From Sphingopyxis sp. (GTDB lineage: Bacteria; Pseudomonadota; Alphaproteobacteria; Sphingomonadales; Sphingomonadaceae), in assembly GCA_035685745.1 (NCBI GenBank), contig DASSAA010000004.1, positions 45,662 through 109,661 on the forward strand: 64,000 nt of DNA, given 5' to 3'. Below, one piece after another: positions 27,088 through 37,744 of the stretch. A model generated the notes under the pieces. It did no database searches. It saw nothing but the letters and a program-made list of their open reading frames with translations, and had not been told where the DNA came from. Numbering within the stretch: the stretch's first letter is position 1; every line of letters begins with the position of its first letter. Both the position numbers and the translations under genes were made by a program.

Positions 27088-29432
27088 CAGAAAGCCTGTC
27101 CGATAGAGATATACACACTCACTCGGCTTTCACCCGGTTCGCGCTGAAGCGGGGTAGCCACATCCAGCCGCATCGGCCCGAAATTGGTATAGAAACGGCC
27201 GCCAAGCCCGACGCCATAGCGCATATCCGAAAAATCGGGCGTGCTACTGCGATAGACTTGCCCGGCATCGACAAATCCAACAATGCCGAAGCTACCAAAG
27301 CGATAACGCGCCTCCACGGCGGCCTCATTCAGGCTACGACCACCAATGGGATCATTATTGGGATCTTTCGGACCCAATTGTTGATAGCCAAAGCCCCGCA
27401 CCGATCCGCCACCACCGGCATAGAAGCGGCGAGATGGAGCCAGTTTTTCGCGCTCTGCCCCCATGATGCTGCCGATACGAATACGGCCCGCTATCACCAA
27501 ATTGTCCATCACGGGATAATAAGCACTGCCATCAATCAGCCCGCGCGCATAGGGTGTGAAACTGCCGGAAAGCGAGCCTTCCGGCTGCACCAAAGCCGTC
27601 AGACGAAAGCCTTTGGTCGGATTCAAAAGATCATCGGATCGATCAATGCCCAACTGTCCCGTCAGACCCAAAATCGTGTAAAAATCCTTAGACCGCGCTC
27701 CCGTGGCGAAATAATAATCATCTTCCCGCGTCGCCAGCAAATCAGCGCCAAAAGCATAGGTCAGCTTCTTTTGCCATAAAGGCGTGCTATCCCGGCTGAC
27801 GCGAAAGCCCAAACGGCCCGTTACCGCTTCAAACGCATCATAATTGCTGCGCAGCACTTCAGCCACAATCTCAAATGTGCGGTCACGCCGCCCGGCATTG
27901 CTGCGCCGCATCGTGACACCCAGCCGCTGCTCTTTCGTGCCCGCAACGCCGCTGACGATCAAGGCCCCTTCCGGTGGGAACATGTTGCGATGCGTCCAGC
28001 CCCCCTGCAATCTTATGCCTTCGCCGGTGCCATAGCCAAGGCTCGCAGCGATGGTGCGCGGCGGGCCAGCCTGCTGGGTGACCATCATGGTCACCAATTC
28101 CGTGCCATCCTCGGCCAGTTCACCCGAAGCAATGGGCTCCGCCGCCACATTGGATAATAAGCCCGTAGCCACCAGCGCCTGCCGCAAATCATCGACCTTG
28201 CGACTGTCATATAAATCGCCCGGCTCAAACCGGGCGAGCAGCGCCACATGATCCGCGTCTACTGCTAAATCGCCTGTCGTCTCCATGCGACCAAAGCGCG
28301 CCCGTGGGCCAATTTTAATCGGCAGCTTATAGGCACCCTCGCCGGTTGCGCCATCCAGCAGAATGTCCCGCTGGCCCACTTCGGCAAAAGGATAGCCTTC
28401 TTCAGGCAGCTTCAGCGCAATGCCGGCCTCGGCACCCTGCACCCGCTCAGCGACGATGGGTTCACCAATTTTCAGCGGGAAGTTCGCCTCGATCAATCCC
28501 ACCGGGATGGTTGGCTCTGCCTCGATTTGAATATCGGAAAAGCTATAGCGTATGCCCGGCACGACATGGATGGTCGCATTCATCGGCTCCGTTCCGCCCT
28601 GCCTTTCCATCCGTGTGTTAACCAGCGCATCATAATAGCCTTCGGAGGCCATGATCCGCTGAACCAGTTCGCCATCCGCATTCAATCGCGCGCGCAGCAT
28701 CGCCACATTATCGGCCTTGCCCTTGCCATCATGCAGGGCGGACAATTCCTTAAACAGGCCCATCATCGAGATTTCGCTGGATTGCTTTGCATCCGCAACA
28801 CCAGTGACGACCACTTTGTAGCGCACTTCGCGGTTGCGATCCTCATCCTCTGCTTCCGCAAAGATCACCGGAGCCACATCAAATGTATCGAGCGGCGGCA
28901 AGGGTTGAACCAGTTCGGTATCACCGATCAAGTCCGCGCCTGTGGCGATGGCTTGGGCGTCATCCACCGCGGCAGCGTGAACACCATCGATCGCCGCGCC
29001 CCCTCCGCCACTTTCATCGCCCTCTCCCTTGGCAGCCACTTGCTCTTGCTCAGCCGCCAGCGCCTCCATGCGCTGGCGCCGTTCAAATTCGGCGATACTT
29101 TCCAGCGGACGGTCAAGCTCGACATCATCCTCGGCGGGAATTTTCGGTATGGTGCGGCGAAACTCCACATCATCAATGATCGGCTCGACAATCGGCAGCA
29201 TCACCTCTGGAGGCGGCGGCGTGGGAGCCGCGATCATTCGGCTGTCGACAGGCTTTTCTGGTGCACCTTGCTCCACAGATGTCGGAATCGACGAAAGCGT
29301 GCCCTCCGCTTGTTGCGCCTGCGCCTCCACGCTCAAAGACAATGCCAATACAGGAACCGAAGCGGATAAAATCAGCCCCCACTTCGCCGCTGCCATCGCT
29401 CCATGCCCAGCTCTCGCCTTAGCCAATAGCAT
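27087..29432 (-). CDS. tamA: Outer-membrane Omp85-family protein TamA
   Basis: 781 aa with a signal peptide, a Pro/acidic linker, POTRA-like repeats and an Omp85 barrel (RFYAGGGGSVRGF ... ISIGQAF C-terminus). Confidence 0.9.
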   Translation of the reverse strand: MLLAKARAGHGAMAAAKWGLILSASVPVLALSLSVEAQAQQAEGTLSSIPTSVEQGAPEKPVDSRMIAAPTPPPPEVMLPIVEPIIDDVEFRRTIPKIPAEDDVELDRPLESIAEFERRQRMEALAAEQEQVAAKGEGDESGGGGAAIDGVHAAAVDDAQAIATGADLIGDTELVQPLPPLDTFDVAPVIFAEAEDEDRNREVRYKVVVTGVADAKQSSEISMMGLFKELSALHDGKGKADNVAMLRARLNADGELVQRIMASEGYYDALVNTRMERQGGTEPMNATIHVVPGIRYSFSDIQIEAEPTIPVGLIEANFPLKIGEPIVAERVQGAEAGIALKLPEEGYPFAEVGQRDILLDGATGEGAYKLPIKIGPRARFGRMETTGDLAVDADHVALLARFEPGDLYDSRKVDDLRQALVATGLLSNVAAEPIASGELAEDGTELVTMMVTQQAGPPRTIAASLGYGTGEGIRLQGGWTHRNMFPPEGALIVSGVAGTKEQRLGVTMRRSNAGRRDRTFEIVAEVLRSNYDAFEAVTGRLGFRVSRDSTPLWQKKLTYAFGADLLATREDDYYFATGARSKDFYTILGLTGQLGIDRSDDLLNPTKGFRLTALVQPEGSLSGSFTPYARGLIDGSAYYPVMDNLVIAGRIRIGSIMGAEREKLAPSRRFYAGGGGSVRGFGYQQLGPKDPNNDPIGGRSLNEAAVEARYRFGSFGIVGFVDAGQVYRSSTPDFSDMRYGVGLGGRFYTNFGPMRLDVATPLQREPGESRVSVYISIGQAF

Positions 29433-29579
29433 TAAAATGACGTCACCCTTTCCGTCTGGCCAATTTCAATGTTGGAGCCACAGCCCATCGCAAGCAATAG
29501 ATTTCTATACGCCCTGAACTGCGTTCCAAGATGCTGTCCTGTCTCAACCCTCGCTTCGGAGAGAACCTCCACCCTCGGC

Positions 29580-31055
29580 CTAGGTTCCGCAAAAGGTTCG
29601 ATAAGCTGGCGCATCCAAGCCATCCGGCAGAGCAAACTCCTCTAAACCTTCACGTTGAACATAGGGATCGCAAACAATGCTCAGCAGCCGTTCCCAACGC
29701 CCCATGTCGCTCGCTTCGGCTTTTTCGAGCGCGGATTCAACAAGATGATTGCGCGGGATATACAGGGGGTTCACCTGATCCATCGCCTCTGCACGGGCCA
29801 AACGCTGGCCCTCGCCATATTCAGCATCCAGCCGAGCTAGCCATTGCACGCGCCATTCACCCCAAGCAGCCTCGTCCATAGGCGCCCCGGAACGCTGAAA
29901 CGCATGATCGCCTTCGCGAAGATGCACGGCAAGGCCGCGGAAAAAGCCGGTAAAATCTGCATTTTCTGCTTCCATCATCGCAAACATCGCGTCAAACAAC
30001 GCTCCGTCCCCCTCTTGCGCGACACCCAATCCCAATTTCGCCCGCAGATTTTTTTCCCACTGCTCTTGAAAACGCGCAGGAACCTCCGCGATCAATTGCT
30101 TCGCTTTTTCGACATCTTTTTCATCCACCGCATGGATGGATGGCAATAAGGCTTCGGCTAAGCGCGCCATATTCCAGTGAAGAATATGCGGCTGTTTTCC
30201 ATAAGCATAGCGCCCATTCCTATCGATCGAGCTGAATACAGAATTCATGCGGAAACGATCCATGAAGGCGCAGGGGCCATAGTCAATCGTCTCTCCGCTG
30301 ATGCTCATATTGTCGGTGTTCATCACCCCATGAACAAAGCCTACCCCCATCCAGTCCGCGACCAGCTTCGCTTGCCGATCGATCACGCGATCCAGCAAGG
30401 CCAAAGCGGGATTTTTCTCAGCCGCAATCTCAGGATAATGGCGGGCAATCGCGTGACGCACCAATTGGCTGACAGGCGCCTCACCATGATGGGCGGCGAA
30501 ATATTGAAATGTGCCGATGCGAATATGGCTCGCCGCGATCCGGGTTAACACGGCGCCCGGATGCGCCCGTTCCCGCTGGACCCGGTCTCCGGTCGCCACA
30601 GCGGCCAAAGCCCGCGTCGTGGCAATCCCCATTTTCGCCATGCTTTCCGAAATCAGATATTCCCGCAACACTGGGCCAATCGCCGCTTTGCCATCGCCAT
30701 TGCGCGAAAAGGCGGTGCGCCCCGATCCTTTCAGTTGCACATCAAAACGTTGCCCAGCCGGGGTGACAATTTCTCCCAACAGAAGCGCGCGCCCATCGCC
30801 CAGTTGCGGCGAAAAATGACCGAATTGATGCCCTGCATAGGCGAAAGCCAATGGCTCTGCCCCTTCCGGCAAAATCGCGCCAGAAAATAGGGCTGCCAAT
30901 TCAGCCTCCCCCCCCTTCTCAAGGATCAGCCCCAGATCCGCCGCTAGCGCGTGATTAAACGCCAGCAGTTTCGGCGCAGAGGGTCGCTCCGGCTCTGCGG
31001 GCGCGTAAAAACCTTCCATTTCGCGGAAAAACAGATTGTCGAAAGGGAATCGCAT
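29580..31055 (-). CDS. selO: Protein adenylyltransferase SelO (YdiU/UPF0061)
   Basis: GDGRALLLGE, LKGSGRTAFSR, HGVMNTDNMSI.GETIDYGPCAFMD. Start taken at MRFPFDNL. Confidence 0.9.
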   Translation of the reverse strand: MRFPFDNLFFREMEGFYAPAEPERPSAPKLLAFNHALAADLGLILEKGGEAELAALFSGAILPEGAEPLAFAYAGHQFGHFSPQLGDGRALLLGEIVTPAGQRFDVQLKGSGRTAFSRNGDGKAAIGPVLREYLISESMAKMGIATTRALAAVATGDRVQRERAHPGAVLTRIAASHIRIGTFQYFAAHHGEAPVSQLVRHAIARHYPEIAAEKNPALALLDRVIDRQAKLVADWMGVGFVHGVMNTDNMSISGETIDYGPCAFMDRFRMNSVFSSIDRNGRYAYGKQPHILHWNMARLAEALLPSIHAVDEKDVEKAKQLIAEVPARFQEQWEKNLRAKLGLGVAQEGDGALFDAMFAMMEAENADFTGFFRGLAVHLREGDHAFQRSGAPMDEAAWGEWRVQWLARLDAEYGEGQRLARAEAMDQVNPLYIPRNHLVESALEKAEASDMGRWERLLSIVCDPYVQREGLEEFALPDGLDAPAYRTFCGT

Positions 31056-31115
31056 CCACCACACTCCTTAAGCTGGCCATAATCCAGCCCCAAGGCGCGC
31101 AAGTCTACCCGTAGC

Positions 31116-32309
31116 TCACCCGTCGAATAAAGCATATGCTCGCTGCGACGGATCTGCCATTCCTTCTTTTTGCCACCATTGCCGGATCGCCTCGACAATT
31201 CTGGCTGATGAATGGCCATCACCATAGGGGTTATGGGCAAAACGCATCGCGTCATAAGCGGCCTGATCATCCAGCAACTGCGTGACATGCGCGACAATAT
31301 CGGCACGCTCCGTTCCAACCAGCCTCACCGTTCCAGCGGCAATCGCCTCTGGCCGCTCTGTTCGATCCCGCATCACCAACACAGGCTTCCCCAAGGATGG
31401 GGCCTCTTCCTGAATGCCGCCCGAATCCGTCAGAATCACATGCGCCTTGGTCATTAAATAGACAAAGGGCAGATAATCCTGCGGCGGCAGTAAATGCACC
31501 TGAGCATGGCCGCCCAGCGCAGCCTCCACCGGCCCTTTCACGCGGGGATTGAGATGCACCGGATAGACAATCTCCACATCGGGCCGGTCTGCAATGTCTT
31601 TAAGTGCCCGGCAAATACGTTCAAATCCGTCACCAAAGCTTTCCCGCCGATGCCCCGTCACCAAGATCATGCGCTTATCCGGATCCAGCGCGAAACGCCG
31701 CGCCATAGATTGCGACAGTGCCACGTCGGCCGAGAGGCTGGCTTTTACCTCTAACAGCGCATCAATCACCGTATTGCCGGTGACGATGATCTGATCCTCC
31801 TTTATGTTTTCGCGCAGCAAATTCGCTTTAGCGCCAGCAGTAGGTGCGAAATGTAGGGCCGCAAGACTGCCCGTCAGCCGCCGGTTCCCTTCCTCAGGCC
31901 AGGGCGACCAAATATCACCGGTTCGCAGTCCCGCCTCGATATGGCCGACCGGAATTTGCGCATAATAGGCCGCTAAGCTTGCCGCAAAACTGGTGCCGGT
32001 ATCCCCATGAACAAGCAGCATATCCGGCTGATAAGCCGACAAGATAGGTCGCAATCCATCCAGAACCGCCCCCATCACATCAGTCAAATCCTGTCCGGAT
32101 TTCATAATATCCAGATCATAATCGGGCTGAATATCAAATAGCGCCATCACCTGATCCAGCATTTGCCGATGCTGCCCGGTCACACAGATGCGCGCATCCA
32201 TATCCGGTGCCGCTGCCAATGCCTTGACCAAGGGCGCCATTTTTATCGCTTCCGGGCGCGTGCCGAAAACCGATAGAATACGCAGCCTCTCCCTATTTTT
32301 TATGCTCAT
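31116..32309 (-). CDS. wecB: UDP-N-acetylglucosamine 2-epimerase (non-hydrolysing)
   Basis: [56 protein letters not shown]. Confidence 0.9.
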   Translation of the reverse strand: MSIKNRERLRILSVFGTRPEAIKMAPLVKALAAAPDMDARICVTGQHRQMLDQVMALFDIQPDYDLDIMKSGQDLTDVMGAVLDGLRPILSAYQPDMLLVHGDTGTSFAASLAAYYAQIPVGHIEAGLRTGDIWSPWPEEGNRRLTGSLAALHFAPTAGAKANLLRENIKEDQIIVTGNTVIDALLEVKASLSADVALSQSMARRFALDPDKRMILVTGHRRESFGDGFERICRALKDIADRPDVEIVYPVHLNPRVKGPVEAALGGHAQVHLLPPQDYLPFVYLMTKAHVILTDSGGIQEEAPSLGKPVLVMRDRTERPEAIAAGTVRLVGTERADIVAHVTQLLDDQAAYDAMRFAHNPYGDGHSSARIVEAIRQWWQKEGMADPSQRAYALFDG

Positions 32310-32360
32310 AGGATCCCCCAATCCTTTCACATTTTAGATTAGATACAATCTCTAATCAGT

Positions 32361-33404
32361 TCATTTATCGTAATATTCCTTATACCATCTTACAAACTCA
32401 TTCACCCCAACAGCAATGTCTGTTTGCGGCCGATAGCCAGTCAGCCGTTCCAGCAAAGTGCAATCCGCCCATGTCACCGCCACATCACCCGCTTGCATCG
32501 GCATATAATTGCGGCGCGCCGGGCGGTCCAAAGCGTCTTCAATCGCGGTTATGAAATCAAGCAGTGCGACAGGCTGGCCATTGCCGATATTCACCGTCCG
32601 CCACGGCGCTGCGGGCGAAAGACTATCCCCCTCAATGCTTTCAGCTCGTTCAGCGACCGGCACAGGCGGCACATCTATCAACAGGCGGATCGCCCGCACC
32701 AAGTCGCCAATATAGGTAAAATCGCGGGCCATTTGGCCATTGTTATAAATATCAATCGGCTGCCCATTCAAAATGGCCGAGACAAATTTATACAAGGCCA
32801 AATCCGGTCGCCCCCAAGGGCCATAGACAGTGAAGAAGCGGAACATGGTGGTGGGAATATGATGCAAATGAGCATAGCTATGCGCCATCGCTTCATTGGC
32901 TAATTTTGTTGCCGCATAAAGGCTTACGGGGTGAGCCGTCGCATGTGTTTCAACAAAGGGCATCAATTCATTGGCGCCATAAACAGATGAGGTAGAGGCC
33001 ATCAAAAGATGCTGCACACCGGCCTGCCGCGCGGCTTCCAATATCGTGAAACTGCCCACGATATTGCTATCAACATAGGTGCACGGTTCTTCCAAACTAT
33101 AGCGGACGCCCGCCTGTGCCGCCAAATGAATGATGATATCGGGTCTGGCCTCATCCATCGCCCGCGCCACGGCTTCGCTATCTTCCAGCATGGCTTCTGT
33201 CGCGGTGAAATGGGCATGTTGCAACAACATTTGATGACGCCTGCGTTTCAGCTGCACATCATAATAATCTGTCATGCCGTCTAAGCCATGGACAACAAAG
33301 CCTTCATTCAACAGCATTTTTGATAAATGAAAGCCAATAAATCCGGCTGTCCCAGTGATCAGCACACGCCGCCCGGCGCTATCATCTGTTACTCGCTGCG
33401 GCAC
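32361..33404 (-). CDS. NAD-dependent sugar-nucleotide epimerase (UDP-glucuronate 4-epimerase-like)
   Basis: VLITGTAGFIGFHL Rossmann motif, YAATKLANE (YxxxK) and FTVYGPWGRPD, typical of the GalE-like UDP-GlcA 4-epimerase group. GTG start is uncertain. Confidence 0.75.
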   Translation of the reverse strand: MPQRVTDDSAGRRVLITGTAGFIGFHLSKMLLNEGFVVHGLDGMTDYYDVQLKRRRHQMLLQHAHFTATEAMLEDSEAVARAMDEARPDIIIHLAAQAGVRYSLEEPCTYVDSNIVGSFTILEAARQAGVQHLLMASTSSVYGANELMPFVETHATAHPVSLYAATKLANEAMAHSYAHLHHIPTTMFRFFTVYGPWGRPDLALYKFVSAILNGQPIDIYNNGQMARDFTYIGDLVRAIRLLIDVPPVPVAERAESIEGDSLSPAAPWRTVNIGNGQPVALLDFITAIEDALDRPARRNYMPMQAGDVAVTWADCTLLERLTGYRPQTDIAVGVNEFVRWYKEYYDK

Positions 33405-33517
33405 TCAACCATCCCTTTCACCCCGTCCCTTCATCCAGCGTATAGACATGCGAGGCCATGCCACCTCATGCCTATGCTCAGAAACTCAGCCTGCTTGCCG
33501 CATATCCGTTATAGGTC

Positions 33518-33546
33518 GCAAGCGCAAAGCGCCTTGCCGCTTTTTT
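33518..33546 (+). terminator. Orphan intrinsic-terminator-like hairpin plus T6 tract in a divergent intergenic region
   Basis: GCAAGCGC-AAA-GCGC(C)TTGC, then CGC and TTTTTT. No plus-strand CDS lies upstream. A possible promoter, TTCACC-18 nt-TATAGA, sits near 33416..33445. Confidence 0.4.
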
Positions 33547-33684
33547 GATTGCCAGACCTTCATATTACACGGCACATATAGGCTGCTGCCCCAGCCCATT
33601 GCTTGAGCAAAGGACAATCCCGCATGCACCACCCCACCATCCCGGCCGACCGCTGCTGGCCTGATCGCAAGCCGCACTGATCAC

Positions 33685-34521
33685 ATGGCAAAGCGGCTGA
33701 CCATGAAGATGCTGGAAAAACCGTGGGGCCGGAGTGATATTTCTGAAATTTATGGCGATCATCAAGGGCGATGCATTGGGGAGATCTGGTTTGAACATCC
33801 CGATGATCCGGATTTCCCGATCATGCTCAAAATTTTATTCACTTCAGAACCACTGTCCGTGCAGGTGCATCCCGATGATCAGGCGGCGCGGTCTGCGGGT
33901 CTGGCCCGCGGCAAGGATGAATGCTGGCTGATCCTCGGCGCCCTTCCCGACGCGAAAGTTGGTGCGGGCCTCACCCGGCCTTGCTCGCTCAGGAAATTGA
34001 GCCGCACCGCGCAAGATGGCTCTATCGTCGATCTAGTCGATTGGCGAACCGTTATGGCGGATGATGTCATCTTCAACCCCGCGGGTACGATCCATGCCCT
34101 TGGATCAGGACTTATTATCCTTGAAATTCAGCAGAATATCGATTGCACCTATCGCCTTTTCGATTATGCACGGGGCCGCCCTTTGGATCTGGACAAAGCC
34201 GTGTCAGCCGCTTGTCGCACGCCGCTAGCCGCCCAACATCGCTGCCGAATGCAGCCTAGTGAAACACAGCTATTGGTCGATAGCCCGCATTTCAGCCTGA
34301 TGCATATATCGGGATCATCAATGAGCAGCGCCACCACCGCTACCACATTCGTGACCCAAGCTGGCCCGGCGCTGCTCTTTCCTTTCACCCATGGTTGCCG
34401 GATCGGTGAAGAGGCGTTGCCGATGCATGGCGCTGCCCTGATATTGGATGGAGAGCAATTGCATCTGGCGCCAGATGCCCGCGCCCTTCTCTGCTGGCCC
34501 ACCGCCGCCGCTCTATCCTGA
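33685..34521 (+). CDS. Type I mannose-6-phosphate isomerase-like cupin
   Basis: KPWGRSD, GEIWF, LSVQVHPDD and GKDECWLILG are class I PMI zinc-site motifs. Confidence 0.7.
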   Translation: MAKRLTMKMLEKPWGRSDISEIYGDHQGRCIGEIWFEHPDDPDFPIMLKILFTSEPLSVQVHPDDQAARSAGLARGKDECWLILGALPDAKVGAGLTRPCSLRKLSRTAQDGSIVDLVDWRTVMADDVIFNPAGTIHALGSGLIILEIQQNIDCTYRLFDYARGRPLDLDKAVSAACRTPLAAQHRCRMQPSETQLLVDSPHFSLMHISGSSMSSATTATTFVTQAGPALLFPFTHGCRIGEEALPMHGAALILDGEQLHLAPDARALLCWPTAAALS

Positions 34522-34608
34522 CGCACCGCTCTATGTTCTCGAACGCAAGAGCAAAGGCCTAGCCTGATCCCCCTTGCGAGCCGCCCAGCCATCTCCCATA
34601 TCGCCGCT

Positions 34609-35175
34609 ATGACCCAAATGCATGAGAATAGTGCCTCTCCCTGGCACGGAACGACAATCCTCTCCGCCCGCAATGCCCAGAAAGTCGTCATCATTGGCGA
34701 CGGTCAGGTATCCATGGGGCAAACGGTGATGAAACCCAACGCCCGCAAAGTCCGCCGCCTGCACGATGGCAGCGTGATCGGCGGGTTCGCTGGGGCGACC
34801 GCTGATGCCTTCACCCTGTTTGAACGGCTGGAAGCCAAGCTGGAACGGCATAATGGCCAATTGCTGCGCGCTGCGGTGGAACTGGCCAAGGATTGGCGCA
34901 CCGATAAATATTTACGCAATTTGGAAGCGATGATGATCGTCGCCGATAAAGAGGTGACATTGGTGATCACCGGCAATGGCGATGTGTTAGAACCGCTGGG
35001 CGGCATAGCGGCCATTGGCTCAGGCGGAAATTATGCCCTCTCCGCGGCCCGCGCGCTGGTGGATTATGAAAAGGATCCGGAGATTTTGGTCCGCAAAGCA
35101 ATGGAGGTGGCCGCCGACATCTGCGTCTACACCAACGATCAATTCACTCAGGAAATGATAGAGGTTAAGGCTTAA
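34609..35175 (+). CDS. hslV: ATP-dependent protease subunit HslV
   Basis: [11 protein letters not shown] (N-terminal Thr nucleophile), [25 protein letters not shown]. Confidence 0.95.
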   Translation: MTQMHENSASPWHGTTILSARNAQKVVIIGDGQVSMGQTVMKPNARKVRRLHDGSVIGGFAGATADAFTLFERLEAKLERHNGQLLRAAVELAKDWRTDKYLRNLEAMMIVADKEVTLVITGNGDVLEPLGGIAAIGSGGNYALSAARALVDYEKDPEILVRKAMEVAADICVYTNDQFTQEMIEVKA

Positions 35176-35176
35176 A

Positions 35177-36478
35177 ATGAGCAAGGAACTCACCCCAAAA
35201 GCGATTGTCGCGGCGCTGGATAATCACATCATCGGCCAGAGTGACGCCAAGCGCGCGGTCGCGGTTGCGATGCGCAACCGCTGGCGCCGTCAGCAATTGC
35301 ACAGCGATCTGCGCGATGAAGTGCATCCCAAAAATATCTTGATGATCGGCCCAACCGGTTGCGGCAAAACCGAAATTTCACGCCGACTGGCCAAGCTTGC
35401 CGATGCCCCCTTTATCAAGGTGGAAGCAACGAAATTTACTGAAGTCGGCTATGTTGGCCGCGATGTGGAACAAATTGCGCGTGATCTGGTGGAAGAATCG
35501 GTGCGTCTGGAAAGAGAAAGGCGCCGTGAAGCCGTGCGCGGGCCTGCTGAAGAGGCCGCACTGGAACGGCTGCTCGATGCCTTAACCGGCAAAGGTGCCA
35601 GCGAAGCCACCCGCGCCAGCTTCCGCCAGCGCTTCGAATCCGGCCATCTCGCCGAAAGCGAGGTGGAGATAGAGGTGGCCGACACGCCCCACATGCCATT
35701 GGACATTCCCGGCCAACCCGGCGGCATTGGCATGATCAATCTGGGCGATATGCTGGGCAAGGCGATGGGCAATGCGCCGCGCAAGAAACGCAAAATGAAC
35801 GTCACCGAAGCTTGGAAGCGCCTGATCGAGGAAGAACAGGATAAAAGGCTGGATCAGGATGATGTCGCCCGTGTCGCGCTGGCCGATGCCGAAGCCAATG
35901 GCATCGTCTTTCTCGATGAAATCGATAAAATTGTCGTATCGGATGGGCGCAGCGCGTCTGTCAGCCGTGAAGGGGTTCAGCGCGATCTGTTGCCGCTGAT
36001 CGAAGGCACGACGGTCGCCACCAAATATGGCCCGATGAAAACCGATCATGTGCTGTTTATCGCATCCGGTGCCTTTCATGTCGCCAAACCCAGCGACCTG
36101 CTGCCAGAACTTCAGGGACGCCTGCCCATTCGCGTGGAATTAACGGCGCTGACCGAAGCCGATTTCATTCGCATCCTTACCGATACCAAGGCGGGCCTGC
36201 CGGAACAATATGCGGCGCTGATCGCGACTGAGGGTGTGCAGCTGAATTTCCAGCCCGACGCCATCGCACAAATCGCCAAACTGGCCGCCGAAGTGAACGA
36301 AAAGGTCGAAAATATCGGCGCGCGCCGCTTGCAAACCATCATGGAGCGCTTGCTGGAAGAGGTCAGCTTCAACGCCGAAGATATGGCGGGTGTTACGGTG
36401 GATGTGGACGCTGCTTATGTGAACCGTCAGCTGGCGGATGTGGTGCAGGATACCGATCTCAGCAAATATGTGCTGTGA
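35177..36478 (+). CDS. hslU: ATP-dependent protease ATPase subunit HslU
   Basis: [17 protein letters not shown], Walker [21 protein letters not shown], and the C-terminal DLSKYVL. It starts 1 nt after hslV. Confidence 0.95.
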   Translation: MSKELTPKAIVAALDNHIIGQSDAKRAVAVAMRNRWRRQQLHSDLRDEVHPKNILMIGPTGCGKTEISRRLAKLADAPFIKVEATKFTEVGYVGRDVEQIARDLVEESVRLERERRREAVRGPAEEAALERLLDALTGKGASEATRASFRQRFESGHLAESEVEIEVADTPHMPLDIPGQPGGIGMINLGDMLGKAMGNAPRKKRKMNVTEAWKRLIEEEQDKRLDQDDVARVALADAEANGIVFLDEIDKIVVSDGRSASVSREGVQRDLLPLIEGTTVATKYGPMKTDHVLFIASGAFHVAKPSDLLPELQGRLPIRVELTALTEADFIRILTDTKAGLPEQYAALIATEGVQLNFQPDAIAQIAKLAAEVNEKVENIGARRLQTIMERLLEEVSFNAEDMAGVTVDVDAAYVNRQLADVVQDTDLSKYVL

Positions 36479-36654
36479 CATGATTTCTGTTCAGGCGCTT
36501 AACCTTTGGCTAAGCGTCTGAACTTCAATGTTCATTTATCCTAAAATGATCTGCGCTGAACTATGATCATCATTTGACTTTTCCCGCCCGGCAATGCGAT
36601 GAACATGATAGCAATATGGGCGTCAGGTGAACGTTTCCCGGCACGGAGATCAAT

Positions 36655-37542
36655 ATGGCAGATGAGGAGATCGCCGCCGCGGGCGAACAGGCGATCGTGA
36701 GGACAGGGGATCGGCTTCGTGCTGCACGCGAAGCGGCGGGTTTATCCCTTGCCGATGTGGCGCAACGCACCCGCATCACCCAGCGCCATTTGCGCGCTGT
36801 CGAAGAATCGCAATTTTCTGAGCTGCCCGGCCGCACCTATGTCACTGGCTTTGCCCGTGCCTATGCCCGCGCTATTAATCTTCCTGAAACAGAAATTGCC
36901 GCTGCCGTCCGCCGCGAGTTGGACGAAGATCAATATTCGGCGCGCCCACTCTATGAAGCCTATGAGCCAACCGACCCGGCCCGCTTGCCGCCGAAGCGTC
37001 TGGCTTTAACGGCCGCCATCATCACCTTGCTGCTGGCATCGGGCTATGGCGTGTGGCGCTTTATCTCTATCGAGCCTGACGATGCGCTCCTCTCAGCCCA
37101 AATGCGCGATGCTGATGAAGCAACCGCTCCGGCTGCCACCGCTGCGCCAAAGCAAGCGGCCACTCCCGCTCAACCCATTGGTGCCGATGCGCCCGTCATT
37201 CTCACCGCAACCGATGCCGCGACAGAAGTTTGGATCGGCTTTGATGATATGTCCGGCAAGGCCCGCGACAGCCGCACCCTGAAAACCGGCGAGAGCTTTC
37301 AACTGCCGCCAGAATATATCGAAGGCTATACGCTGCGCACCAGCCGCCCGCAGGCCTTGCGGATCACCGTCGGCAATCGCGATATCGGCTCTTTGGGCCC
37401 CGCCGATATTTTGGTGAAAAATATCTCGCTGAAAATTCCCGATCTGGTTGCAAAGGCCGATAGCAATGGCGCTGGCCCTACTCCTGCCGCCCCCCCTATC
37501 GCCGCCGCAACCAATCCCGCAACCTCAGGCGCCCGCCGTTAG
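36655..37542 (+). CDS. RodZ-like HTH / DUF4115 protein
   Basis: HTH GDRLRAAREAAGLSLADVAQRTRITQRHLRAVEE, a single TM helix, a Pro/Ala linker and the C-terminal DUF4115-like VWIGFDD...LRITVGN. Confidence 0.7.
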   Translation: MADEEIAAAGEQAIVRTGDRLRAAREAAGLSLADVAQRTRITQRHLRAVEESQFSELPGRTYVTGFARAYARAINLPETEIAAAVRRELDEDQYSARPLYEAYEPTDPARLPPKRLALTAAIITLLLASGYGVWRFISIEPDDALLSAQMRDADEATAPAATAAPKQAATPAQPIGADAPVILTATDAATEVWIGFDDMSGKARDSRTLKTGESFQLPPEYIEGYTLRTSRPQALRITVGNRDIGSLGPADILVKNISLKIPDLVAKADSNGAGPTPAAPPIAAATNPATSGARR

Positions 37543-37744
37543 CGGTGCGCCCCCTGCGCCAGCCTCCTCACGTCGCTTCATTCACGCTGCTCCGCCCACA
37601 GGGCGATGGCCTACTATTGGGATCATCAGCCCCAAAATGCCGGTCAGCCGTGATCTGCGCGGGATGAAAGGCATTTGCACAGAGCGGCGCGGCGGCTCTA
37701 TGGATGGCATATTCATTTTTTCCAATTCGGGGTCTTGAGGTCCT

